Source of the DNA: Octopus sinensis
Lineage: Eukaryota
NCBI RefSeq assembly: GCF_006345805.1
Contig: NW_021833092.1
Span: forward strand, 1 to 58,487
DNA: 58,487 nt
Direction: 5' to 3'
The notes beneath the pieces were generated by a model. That model saw only the letters and a list, made by a program, of their open reading frames with translations, was not told where the DNA came from and did no database searches. This document shows positions 12,171 to 25,765 of the stretch, piece after piece. Both the position numbers and the translations under genes were made by a program. How positions within the stretch are numbered: position 1 is the first letter of the stretch; the number at the start of each line of letters is the position of its first letter.

Positions 12171-13580
12171 TCCTTAGTATACCTATGATAAAATGACTTC
12201 CGGACGTGAGAATCCCATTTTTCAGGACTACAAAGGGATTTTTAGGCGTAAGTAGCCCTTTCCAGTAGTACTTCAACTTTTTTAATACAAATCAATATAC
12301 TTGGTTTGCTGTAATTGGAAGTTGTTTTGTTGGTCTTGAGAGTGACCATGACAGTGTATACTCTAGCTAGTGTACACTAGCACCATTCTGATGGTGTTAG
12401 TAGTAGTGGTTCATTACCAACAGTGAGAGTAAAAATATATGTATTCATTATCGGTGAAGTTAATTAAGATGTTTCCAACAGTAAAATATATTCGGTTTCG
12501 CATAAAACTTGTTTATTTTTCTCTGTCTCTTGAAGATAAATAAAGGCCTCGGTATAATTAATATCTATAAAGGTTTAAATCCTATCAATATAAAGCTACC
12601 ACTATACCTAATTTGTTAAGTGGTTGGTAAATGAAAGGAGGAAACATAGGGTCGTAAGAATCATTTTAGTTTTGCCGAGGACATGAATACCTCTCTAGTG
12701 TTGGTGTCACGATAAAAATACATGTGTACATTCTGTAATGTGGTCGGTGTTTGGTGTTTTTAAGGGCACCCAAACGTAGAAACAATACTAAAATAAGAAC
12801 GTCGAGCAAGATGTAATCTCCTCCTTTGTAGGTGAGAAGTAACGCGAACTGACTCCGATCATAACGAGCTGAGCAGCCAATGCAAGCATAGAAAACAGGC
12901 TCATTAGAACGACGACGGCGATGATGATGGTGATGATGATGCTTACATGAACAGTCTATCTAGAATCACTCTGAAAACATTCCTATCATGAATATAAAAG
13001 CAACGGATTAGGTTTACCACACAAAAACTAGGTACAACCACTCTACGGACACCCGCCTTTTCTGCCTACTCGATTTCCCTCACAGGATGTTGGTCGATAC
13101 AAGATACCGCGTTATGGGATTCGAACCGGAGTACGTGATTATTTTATATGAACTTAGAAAATATAAACATTACTAATATAAACATCACGAAACAGCAGAC
13201 GACAGTTCTCAGTTCCAACGAAGATAAAAAGTTCCACTAAATGTTACTTTAGATTGGTACATATCTTTCATCTTAAAGTTCAATTAGCGCTTTCATATGT
13301 TTGTAGTTAGTAATCATTCGATTTCAAAATGTATTAACTGACAGACGAGTTGAGTGTTTCAGTGAAAAAAAAAATTTTAATTCAATAATAAAATAACGTG
13401 AAAACCAGACCATGTAGTAACATTAATCAACTGATATATTATTCATTACACATTTTACACAAATTCGGGAATATATATATATGCATTCGTGGCTTCTAGT
13501 AGTTAAGTTAACCTACAGCCTTCGGAGATTGTAACATAATGAATGTAAATTATAGAAAGTAGAAGACTTGAAATGATAAA

Positions 13581-13815
13581 TCTCTCTCTCTCTTTACTCT
13601 TTTACTCTTTTATTTGTTTCAGTCATTTGACTGTGGCCATGCTGGAGCACCGCCTTTAGTCGAGCAAATCGACCCCAGGACTTATTCTTTGTAAGCCTAG
13701 TACTTATTCCATCGGTCTCTTTTGCCGAACCGCTAAGTTACGGGGACGTAAGCACACCAGTATCGGTTGTCAAGCGATGTTGGAGGGACAAACACAGACA
13801 CACAAACATATGCGC

Positions 13816-13846
<31 letters not shown>

Positions 13847-14012
13847 GTACGACGGGCTTCTTGCAGTTTCCGTCTACCAAATCCACTCACAAGTCTTTGG
13901 TCGGCCCGAGGCCATAGTAGAAGACACTTGCCCAAGGTGCCACGCAGTGGGACTGAACCCGGAACCATGTGGTTGGTAAGCAAGCTACTTACCACATAGC
14001 CACTCATACGCC
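13581..14012 (-). mobile_element. tRNA-SINE group B, full length
   Basis: Near-consensus match to the other B copies along the whole length. Confidence 0.92.
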
Positions 14013-14028
14013 TTTTGTTTTTATTTAA

Positions 14029-14440
14029 AATGTTGACGTTTCAATGTTGACTGTACTTTGATGTCAACATCCTAATGCCGACATCTTAATATTCACAACA
14101 TAACGCTGACAATATGTTAACGTCGACATCTTACAGTTGACATTTTAATGTTGACAATATGTTAATGTCAATATATTACCGTTAACATTTTAATGTGACA
14201 ATATATGTTAATGTCAGTATCTTAAATTTGACGTAATACTGTTAATTTTGACATCTTAATGTTGACATCATAACGTTGGCAAGATATCAACGATGATATC
14301 ATAATGATGCCAACGCATTAATATTCACACCATATAATAATATAATCAGCACATTAATTAAAGTTGTCTAACAGATTAGCATTGCCAACTTGTCAGCTTA
14401 TTAATGTTCACACCATTGATATTGTGATTGTTTATCTCGT
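14029..14440. repeat. Degenerate minisatellite, 14-nt unit (aatgttgacatctt) with 14+14+17 = 45-nt higher-order period
   Basis: Units such as aacgtcgacatctt, acagttgacatttt, aatgttgacaatatgtt, aatgtcaatatatt, accgttaacatttt. Confidence 0.75.
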
Positions 14441-16378
14441 CAGCATATTATCGCTTTTTAATTAAATAAATATTTCCATCCGTAATCTAATTATCTCTAG
14501 GGAGACCATCAAAAGAGCGCAGTCTGGACAATCGGTGGAACGTGATTTTGTCCTAATTAAGTTTCAATCAGCTACGGTGTAGTTTGTAACTGCGCATGCT
14601 CACTTGGTCAGAGAGGCTGCTTATAATAATCAGTCAATAAAACAAGTATAGAAGACATATGACCCAGAGACATAAATTATGTAGTTAGTGAGCTGGGGGA
14701 AATTATGCATCACATTATAAGCTCTTACAAATTGAATAAATTTTGTGTATGAAAATATTTCTATCCTAAATATTTCTATGCTAAAGTATTTTGATGTAAT
14801 GTGAAACGTTGTTAGGACAAGTGTTGTACTCAGATCCCTTCACCATGAAGAGAACTAAATATACAACACGAATACAAGTACGTATTCACATTTGAAACGT
14901 TTGAATGTATGAATGTAGAAATGATAGAAAATGAACGCAATGCTTGCAATGAAATTTAAATATATTACAAGTATTCCCCTCTGTTCCTTGCGATATTACA
15001 AGTGTTCGAAGCTGATAATGTCGACGGACATATATATATATATATGGGACATACGTGTCTTCACGGCGAAACAGCTGTCAGCTACAATGTAAATGTATTT
15101 CTATTTCTATTTCTATGTTTTGTTATATTTGTACTATATTAATATATAATATAATTGCTATTGTGTAATGGTTTAATAAAGTATTGATTGGGTATTATCA
15201 GATGGTTGATGATTGATTTAGATATATTTCTCCATTTTCTAATTTTGTATATATATATATATATAGATATATATAGTATATAATAATTATACATATTATA
15301 GTATTATATATATATATTATATCTTATATATATATAATATAGATATATATATATTATATATTTTCATTAATTTAGATATATAGTATATATACAAGGCAAG
15401 TATAAATATAGACATTACATATTTTTCTTTATTCTAGTAAATTTGACTTACAGCCGTTTCTAGTTGTCAATATAGGCACGTTATTGATAGGTTTACTCAC
15501 TCGGCTGTTAAGAGTTGAACGACCTAAAAACTTAATTCTACTTTCATTATGCACAAAATTTTTATTCTTTTCATTCATCCTTGAGCAGGAAGCAAATATA
15601 AATTGCATTTGTTCTTTTGTAGTTTTTGATATTTGTATTTGCTTTATGATACATACACATACATGTGTACGTATGTATCAGCACTTATGCAAGATACGAC
15701 CAAAGACATATAAAGCCGCGCTTAGACCGTGTCAATCTTTTCGCTCTTCCATAAAAAAGTATTATAATTCACAGGTACATTATCGGAGCAAACTAGCGAG
15801 CGGAGAAGAGAAAAACTGTTAATTTAAACGACGTCAATCGTATGAATTTGATGAAGTACGTCAATATGCCAGGGCTGAATCTATGGAAAATGCCAATCAT
15901 TAGCCCACATAAAGTACGTTTTCTCGAAAAGAATTGCCTATGAGTAAACTATAGCACATATATATATAATATATATATATATATGCACTATATAAATATG
16001 ATATATAGCATTTATAAACATCAACATAATATATATATTATATATATATATATGTACATATTGGTATGTGTATATATATGTATGCCTCCCTCTCTGTCTC
16101 TTTATATATATATAAATACATTATGTGAAGTATATTTGCCACTTAAATGTGCTAACCACTAAAGGTGGATGCTACTGTAGCTTGTAGACCCAGGAGAACA
16201 TCTTATCCAGCTGGCTATTGACACACTTTCTGTGCCCTATCAGTATTTTCAAAGGGAAGCCATCCTTCCCATCGTCGACCTGACGTGATACGTACGAACC
16301 CGGGTTTCTGGGTATTTACCCGTCGTCGGCGCACGATACATTTATGTATATGCACATACAAACACACACACACATATG

Positions 16379-16425
<47 letters not shown>

Positions 16426-17349
16426 CAATATATATATAAAGATATATACTCATATATACATACATACACACACATGTATATATATATACACACTCACAAA
16501 CACACACACATACACATGCCCCTACCTATAGGTATTTCATTAAAAGAAACAAACAAGACATACTGATATCTTCCCCGCACAAAAGAACCCCAAACTGAAT
16601 CGAGCTATCAATCAGTGGTTTCATACAAAATATTCTTTAGTCTTATACACATACATACATATTTGTTCGTTACAATAGTACAAGCCAACACAGTGGTGAG
16701 GCTGGGGGCATGCATGGAACCTAATTTATTGATCTTTGGGTGAATAAAAGGCAATAATTATGTTCTTTAGCACTTCTATAATCAACAACAACAACACTAG
16801 TGTTGCCACCACCACCACCACCACCACCACCACCACATCATTATTAACAACAACAAAATCATTATCATATTGATGGTGGAATTTTAATCTAGGACTCAAA
16901 GGAATGGCGTCAGAAAAAAAAACAATATGTTATTTAATCCGTCACAAAAAAGTTTTAACAAAACAACAACAACAGTAGTAGTAGTAGTAGTAGTAGTAGC
17001 AGTGGTAGTGGTTGTAGTAGTAATAAAAGTAGTGATCGTAGGAGTAGTATTAGTTGTGTTGGTAGTAGTAGTAGTGGTTCTGGTGGTGGTGGTTTGAAAC
17101 ATAAGCCATTCTCATTTTGAAGGAGAAGACTATACTGTAGTCGATTTAATCGAACTCGGGACTTGATTGGTATTTTATTTTATCGATACCGGAAGGAAAG
17201 GATGAATGGCAAAGCCGACCTCGGCGGAATAATTGAAGCCATGAATATTATCAGTTGTAGTCAATCAAAAAAGATGAATAAGTTAAAATAATACTGCTGC
17301 TGATGATGATGATGATGGTGATGGTGATGATGATGATAACAACAACAAC

Positions 17350-17429
<80 letters not shown>

Positions 17430-17514
17430 GAAGGAGAAGAAGGAGAAGAAGGAGAAGAAGAACAACAACAATAAAAGCAATGATAATATTTTCTACGAAA
17501 ACAAATAATAATTC

Positions 17515-17559
<45 letters not shown>

Positions 17560-18787
17560 TAATAATAATAATAATAATAATAATGATGATAATAATCATA
17601 AAAATAAATCATTCGACATTGTTATTATGAACATTAAATTGAAAACCTGTGTACGTATTGAGAGTGTAAAGCAAGCAATGAAAAAACACAAATGATTAAG
17701 AAAGATTGTCTATTTAGAACAAACGGAAAAAACTGTATTATCGTCTAAAATTAAACAGCTTGAGAAGATCAATCCACTTCAACACTTGGCTATGTTACAA
17801 AATACCTCAGCATTAAGGTTGAAAATATGTTTGGTATGTTGTGTGCATATGTTTATATATGTATACACAAAGTAAAAAAAAAAAACACTCAGTACGTGAT
17901 ATAGAGGTTAAATTTATTGGAAATTGGTTGAGAATTTATTCACAGCAAGATACTTATACAATCGCTCAGGAAATGGTTGGTACATAATGACTGAAGTAAT
18001 ATCCGCAACGCGCTAGCTAGGACGATTTTTATTGATTAAGACTAATTACAGTTCTGAATTTGTACAAGTGAGATACATGATGGACGAACAGCTGTCATGT
18101 AAGGGAGCCTGACTGCAGACATGTAATCTTCAACAGGTGTTTAATCTGTAAAACTCTGAGTACTATATGTGTGTGTCTGTATTGTTGTTGTTACTATTAT
18201 TATTATTGTGTACACATACATACATGGTTTAAATCAGACAAATACTGGAGGAGTGCTCCATATGTGTTGAAGAGATTTTTTTTTCATTGAAACTGTAACT
18301 GCGACTCTAATTCCACGCCAGTTCTCGACTGAAGATCGCAGTGGCATGAAACTCGACTCGCGAGACAAAACTCGCAGTTTCAGTTTCATATATTTATATG
18401 TGCGTGTGTATGTGTGCGTGTGCGTGCGTGCGTATGCGTGCGTGTGTGCATGCGTCTGAGTGCATGTATCTATATATACACACAGCCATGCACATATGTC
18501 AAAGCATGAACATGTGTGTGTGTGTGTGTGTGTCTGCACATGTGCACTCCATAACATTATGCACTTTAAAAGTAGTGTACTTTGATCGAACATCAGGAGA
18601 TACGAAATGATATCTCTCTACGATATTCAGCTTCTCAAGTATCTTGCTTGATATCTTGTGACCGTTATAACCTATTATTGCGTACGTCTTTCATATACAG
18701 GGTATGTGCGTATATGCATATCTATAAATAAATAAATGCATAAAAAGCAAAATACTAGGAGTTACGTAATGGCATTCACTGGCTTAC

Positions 18788-18880
18788 AACTGTTTCTGCT
18801 GTAAAGAATTTGCACCAAGGTTAACTTCGTATTGCTTCATCATGAGGTCATTATACCGTGTATTGAAAATATATTGAGCT
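18788..18880 (-). CDS. Candidate 93-nt internal exon (phase 2-2), peptide xAQYIFNTRYNDLMMKQYEVNLGANSLQQKQx, product unknown
   Basis: Acceptor cagtttttag|, donor |gtaagc, open frame, length divisible by 3, in unique sequence. I do not recognise the peptide; could be chance. Confidence 0.25.
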
Positions 18881-19666
18881 CTAAAAACTGGTTATTGGTA
18901 CTGCTAAAGGTAGGCAGAATTAGAATACATAACACCACACGCACATACACACACACACGTATACACACACACGACGGACAGACCCTGGCAGAAAAAAACT
19001 AACAGCTGATTGTTCAATCAACATATTAAACAAACAATTGGATAGTTAACCGGGGAATTAGAGAAGTGGTATTGAACCAGTGTGCGTGTTTATTTAACTT
19101 TTTATCGGTATAATGACCCTCCCTCGACACATGAATGTATCCATGTAAATGAACTCATATTTGCTCAAATAGACAGACATATGAATGCCCAAAATGTTTT
19201 CGTAATTATTTAAAGTTACTTTTTAAACATACCACTTTTATATTTATTATCTTTTTTTGTCTTAAAATTTCTGACATTTCCGATTTTTTGTTTTTAATTT
19301 TCTGAAATATTTTCTAAATAGTAACATTTTCGTCCATATTTTTTTTTTACTATTTTAAGTTAATTTTCCCTATTGTATTCAATGTTATTTCCTATTTTCA
19401 CCATAAAGGAATGTTCTGGAAGACTGCTTAGGCTAAGCACATTGACATTTTGATTGTCTAACTTTACTTTAAATGACCTTAGTCTCTTTTCTGTGTCAAC
19501 TACCCTTACCTAATTGCATATATTCTGGTAAATGTTTTTGTCACTGTCTGTCTGTCTGCCTGCCTATCTGTCTACTTGTCTGTCTATTTGTCTGTCTATC
19601 TATCAATCGAGGTATGTATGTATGTATGTATGTATGTATGTATCTATCTATCTGTCTGTCTGTTTG

Positions 19667-19697
<31 letters not shown>

Positions 19698-19752
19698 GTT
19701 TGTCTGTCTCCCTCCTCCACTCTCCCTCCCCCTCCCCCCCTCTCTCTCTCTC

Positions 19753-19793
<41 letters not shown>

Positions 19794-20249
19794 TATTTAT
19801 CCACTCTACTTGTTTACACGCATACACACACACATTTCCTTTTTCTCTCTTACACGCAAACACATACACGCACTCTTTACATATAAGTAAGTATGTCTTT
19901 TTTGGTATACAACGTGAATAAAAACGCATCTTATCTTATATTTTAATATAACAGACGTCGTAATATCCACAGTGTTCAGCCGTAGGGACAAAATGCTGTT
20001 ATGCAATCCGTAACATTTACATAAAGATATATCTGAAGATGTATTGAGAAAAATATGCATAAACCATCTAATTTCTAAACAGGCAGTGTTCATTCTGTAC
20101 ATAGACTATGTACGTCAGTTCTGTGCATAAAACAAATTGATCTATGCATGCTATCGGTAAGATTCGATCGGCGAACAATGACAGTAGTTAATAAGACAAA
20201 ATCTATGCCACTCTATTACCAGTAATATATTTTATCTGCTTGTCTATTA

Positions 20250-20458
20250 TTTTTTTACTTGTTTCACTCATGAGACTACCGCCATGCTGGGGCACCGGCT
20301 TGAAGAACTATAGCAGAACAAAACCTAAGTACTTATTGTATATAAGGTCTGGTACTTATTCTATCGGTCTTTTTTGCCCACTGTGGATTTACGGGAACGT
20401 AAACACACTAACGCAGGTTGTCCAGCAGCGGTGGGGGGACTGAACACACACGCGAACG

Positions 20459-20492
<34 letters not shown>

Positions 20493-20498
20493 CACACA

Positions 20499-20551
<53 letters not shown>

Positions 20552-20990
20552 CACAGGTTACTTTCAGATACGGCGGCGAGCTGGCAGAAACATTAGCACG
20601 CCGGGCGAAATGCGTAGCCGTATTTCGTCTGTCGTTACGTTGTGAGTTCAAATTCCGCCGAGGTCGACTTTGCCTTTAATCCTTTCGGGGTCGATAAATT
20701 AAGTACCAGTTACGCACTGGGGTCGATGTAATCGACTTAATACCTATGTCTGTCTTTGTTTGTCCCTCTATGTTTAGCCCCTTGTGGGTAATAAAGAAAT
20801 AGGTTACTTTCAGTTTCCGGAACCAAATTCAGTCACAAGACTTTGGTCGGCCCGAGGCTACAGTAGAAGACACTTGCGTAACGTGCCACGCAGAGGAATT
20901 GAACCCGAACCATGTGGTTAGGGAGCAAGGCTCTTACTACACAGCCACGCCTGCGCTTATAGCCACGCCTGCACCTATTACTACGCCTAC
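20250..20990 (-). mobile_element. Older group B SINE interrupted by an A1 SINE
   Basis: B 3' part at 20250-20555 and B 5' part at 20801-20990 rejoin across the TSD aggttactttcag. Confidence 0.85.
20568..20800 (+). mobile_element. Group A1 SINE, full length, 13-bp TSD
   Basis: TSD aggttactttcag at 20555-20567 and 20801-20813. Head ggcggcgagctggcagaa...gagttcaaattcc. The core resembles the Meta/MESC SINE domain (from memory). Confidence 0.93.
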
Positions 20991-21135
20991 AGTATCTGAT
21001 GTAAAATCTAATATATGCACACAATTTTGTACAACTGCTGATGAAATTGTATCAGCAATCAAAACAGAGCGTCGTATCGAGTTAAACTTGCATTTATTTT
21101 AATATTTACAATTTTCATACGTTCTTGTATATATA

Positions 21136-21525
21136 TCTCTCTATATAAAGCTGACGTTGTCTGTGTATGGCAGGTTAGGTAGCCTTCAACTAACACTGTC
21201 TCCTCCGAGACCCTGCGGCGCAAGTTGACCAAAATTGAGACTATGATAGAAGAAGCCTCGCTCAATTTCCGCTGAAGAAAAAATTCAAATCAGATCATGT
21301 TAACACCAAAAATTATTTACATCAAAAGGTGCTAATTTTCTATGAAAATCCCTATTTTTTTACGATTTTTTGACTGCTGTATCGCCATTTTTCGGTGTAT
21401 TTAAACCAGAAAAAATGTTCACTTAAAGAGAATAACAAGCTACATAATGCAAAGTTTTTGCTTTTCAAAAATTCCAATTCTAAAGGTTCGAAACAAACAC
21501 GAGCAACGCCGGGCGATACTTCTAG
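21136..21525 (+). mobile_element. Non-autonomous Helitron-like element
   Basis: A|TC 5' end (tctctctatataaagctg), CTAG|T 3' end, imperfect subterminal hairpin cacgagcaacgccggg 10-15 nt before CTAG, no TSD. Confidence 0.65.
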
Positions 21526-22054
21526 TATATATATAAATTCAAATTACAATGAACGTAAACAAACAAAAGAAGTTTGCTTTAGAAGCGTTGAGATGTCTTC
21601 GAAAGTTAAAGTGATTTTAAATTCTCGAACGCAGGATAATGCTGATAATATAGCCTGAACAGGATTAGCTACCCCTATTTTTGCAGAAATACGTCTTGAA
21701 AATTTTGAAATGCATAAATAACAATAACAAGGTTTCGGTTCTTTTACATACATTATCAAGATGTTTTATTAGAAGTTTAGTGACATATAGATTATGTTGG
21801 GCAGTTAATGTCTCTTATTTGTTTAATTTATTTTTACGGTAACAGCATATTGTAGGTTTAGCATAGATAAGCCTTCCCGTGGTTTGAAATCGAATTATGG
21901 AAAACGAACCATTCACCTTATACGACGTATGGAAAATTTAAAGATATACGTTTTGAGGAAAAAGAAAACAAGAAATACGGTGTGTACCCATCCATCCATC
22001 CATTCATGATCCGTCCGTCCGTCGCCAGTCCCTCGCAACCTCTCTCCCCTTCAT

Positions 22055-22125
<71 letters not shown>

Positions 22126-22399
22126 ATTCTCTTTCCTCTCTCCTCTCTCTCTCTCTATCTATCTATCAACCTGTCTGTCTGTCTATCTACATTAGTTGAT
22201 AGGAACAGTTGACATCATTCAGTTACTATGTAGTTTTATAGCAGAAACTAACTTGCAAGATAGATAGTTGATTTAATGTGTTATATTTCCAATATCCATC
22301 CTACTTGAGATCTCCAGTATTAGCGTAAGAAATAAAAAAGTATAGTTCATACTGGTTTCAAGCAAAACCTCTGCAAGGGAAGTGGAAGGCGAGGCATTG

Positions 22400-22876
22400 A
22401 TCAGGAATCCAACTAAATCTCACAGGGGAATTTGCACGATGTTGTTTAGTTTTTGTCAATCAAATTGCCTTTTGGAAACAGGACATTGTTGTAGCGAATA
22501 AAAAAGAAAGATCTTGAGTAATAATCAAAGTAACATGTCCCGGTGACAAGAAGATCAACGAGAAAAAAAAACTGAACAACTACGACGATTTGAAGTGGAA
22601 ATACGAAGGTTGTAGTCAATGAGGGGAGTAGACGTGATACCAATGGTAGCTTGCACATTTAGAAGCATCGGCAATCAAACTCTAAAATGACTCAAAAATA
22701 TTGGTACAAAGGAAAAGATAGAACACCGACAAAAATCAACATTGCTTGGAACTACAAGAATTTTTCGCAGGGTTCTTGAAGCATGACCAGTAAACAAGTA
22801 TCACCTTAGTCTGCTGACTGTGGGCAGCTGACACTTTCCATTATACCCAGCAAAATAGGTTGAGAGTTTTCATCAA
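22400..22876 (+). mobile_element. R4/Dong-clade non-LTR retrotransposon 3' fragment (restriction-like endonuclease domain + 3' UTR), decayed
   Basis: With frameshifts reads DIVVANKKERS*VIIKVTCPGDKKINEK..LNNYDDLKW..VDVIPMV..LKNIG..QKSTLLGTTRIFRRVLEA* (stop 22784-22786), matching the PD-(D/E)xK RLE C-terminus. Followed by (AAT)n. Confidence 0.8.
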
Positions 22877-23169
22877 ATAATAATGATAATAGTAATTTTT
22901 TTGAATTTTGGCACAAGGCTAGCAATTTTGAGGGATTTAATACCGTCGACTCCAATAGTTAACTCCAAAAAGTTAAGTTGACCCCAGCAGAATTTGAACC
23001 TTGAACACAAAGTCAAAACGAATACCATGAAATATTGTGTCAACTCTCTGATGATTGTGCCAATTTACCGCCTCTTATTAAAAGCAATTCAGGACCACCA
23101 CTTTTTATTATAGGAATACTAATAGCACTATTAAGTGTATGAAGATCTACAATATCTTTTTCACGACAA

Positions 23170-23790
23170 AGGAATATGATTTGAGGGAATTTTAGCGGTC
23201 TTTTCTAGCAGGGTGAATGACCTCGTAGTGACTTTCTCTTCTAGAGATATCAAGGACCACCTAATCCAGCGGGTCATTTAATTTCCAACAGAAGTAATGT
23301 ATTATTTGAGGGAAATTTGACTGCTATTTCTTGCAGATCAAGTGACCACATAGTAACTAATTGGTTAATTGTGATATTATTGTTGATTGATTGGTTGGTT
23401 AGTTGGTGCATTTTAACCCCAGGACTGATCTATGATCAAAGGTGTTCTCAACCGCTGTTTTCACATACACGTTGTACTCAGCATTGAATATCTTTCCGTT
23501 CTATGATGGAAGAAAGTGATTTGAGTGATATTTTACAGCTATTTCTAGCAGGACAAGGTAACCGTGTAGAGGTTTTCTCATATGTTGAGGCTGTTGTTTA
23601 GCTCCAAAATGCATTCTATTCATGATCGACTCCTCTTTGAGTGTATATGTGTATGTGTGTGTGTGTGTGTGTGTGTGAAGTGTATCTAGGAAAATTGTAA
23701 TTTTCAAGATGGCGGATTGTAATATGAGGGAGATTTAACTGCTATTTCTTCAATGTTAAACAACCATAGAGAGACCCTGTTAGTAGCAAT
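23170..23790 (-). mobile_element. Four partial copies of a ~60-bp group D repeat core
   Basis: gagggaaatttgactgctatttct(a)gcag..gacc..gtag variants at about 23180, 23308, 23520, 23727. The same core occurs at about 29790, 30000, 33210, 42705, 50515, 54290, 54570, 54870. Confidence 0.7.
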
Positions 23791-24567
23791 GGCGGTGATG
23801 TAGAGGAATAAAAAATGGAGGCTGAAAATTAAGAGCGAGAGAGAGAAAGAGAAAGTAAGCGGTAATCGTGAAAGAGATGAGCAAAAGGAGAGACAATGAG
23901 AAAATAAGAGATACAGAGAGAGGGGAAATATCGATAAGCATACTGAGAGAGAAGGAGGCAGTGAATGAGAGAGAGAGAGAGGAGTAAAAATTGTAGGAAC
24001 TAAGAGGAAGTTATACTATTGCTGGACAGTTAGTGAGCTAGAAATAGATAGAAAGATAAACGAAGGGAGAGAGGGAGAGAAAGGGGAGAAAGTGAGCACA
24101 GAGCAAGGCGAGAGAGGGAGATAGAGGAGAGAGAGAGAGTAATGAGGGAAAGAGATAGAGGGAGTGAAAGAGAGAAAGAGAGCGGGAGTGAAACAGACGA
24201 GCAAACTGTATGTGCGTATGTGCACGTATGTGCATGAGCTTATGCGTGTGAGTGAATGTGTGTGAGTGCGCGCGTTTGTGTTTGTCTGTGTTTGTATATG
24301 TATGTGTGTGTTTGTGTGTGTGCTTATGTGTTTGTGTGTGTGCTTATGTATGTGTGTGTGTGTGGCGAAGTTTTAGAGACTGAAGAACAATGATAGAACA
24401 GAAAAATGGTCGTCAATAATGTAGATAGATATTGTATCGCCTTCTGTTGCAATGTTGATAAAACGGAGAGGCGTTGGAAAAGTGGTGTATACATACTTAC
24501 ATGCACATATACATATACGTGTATATATATATTATCATACATACATACATACATCACCCACACACAT

Positions 24568-24649
<82 letters not shown>

Positions 24650-24842
24650 CAATCATGCATACAATGTAAATATGGCATATATACATACATACATACATAC
24701 ATACATACATACTACATATATACATACAAACACATACATTGAACACACATACACATTAACACGCATATAAATATATATCTATATATATATGTATGTATAG
24801 GCACATATATGTATCTATATATATATATATATATACTTGTAT

Positions 24843-24897
<55 letters not shown>

Positions 24898-24979
24898 ATT
24901 CTGTTTCAGAGCATCCTCTTGAAAGAAGTTCAGAAGAATCAGAGAAGCAGACGGCAGTTAGATATACAATAAACTGGTA

Positions 24980-25765
<786 letters not shown>

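Noticed and set aside
15005-15085. ctgataa ... gaaacagctgtc as a hammerhead
   Set aside because: G8 is missing, there is no stem I and the halves are separated by (TA)n; at most a remnant.
16140-16300. Twister-like taaccac..aaaggtgg; loose similarity to the reverse complement of 42100-42200
   Set aside because: The central twister elements are absent; probably an unclassified old repeat that I cannot name.
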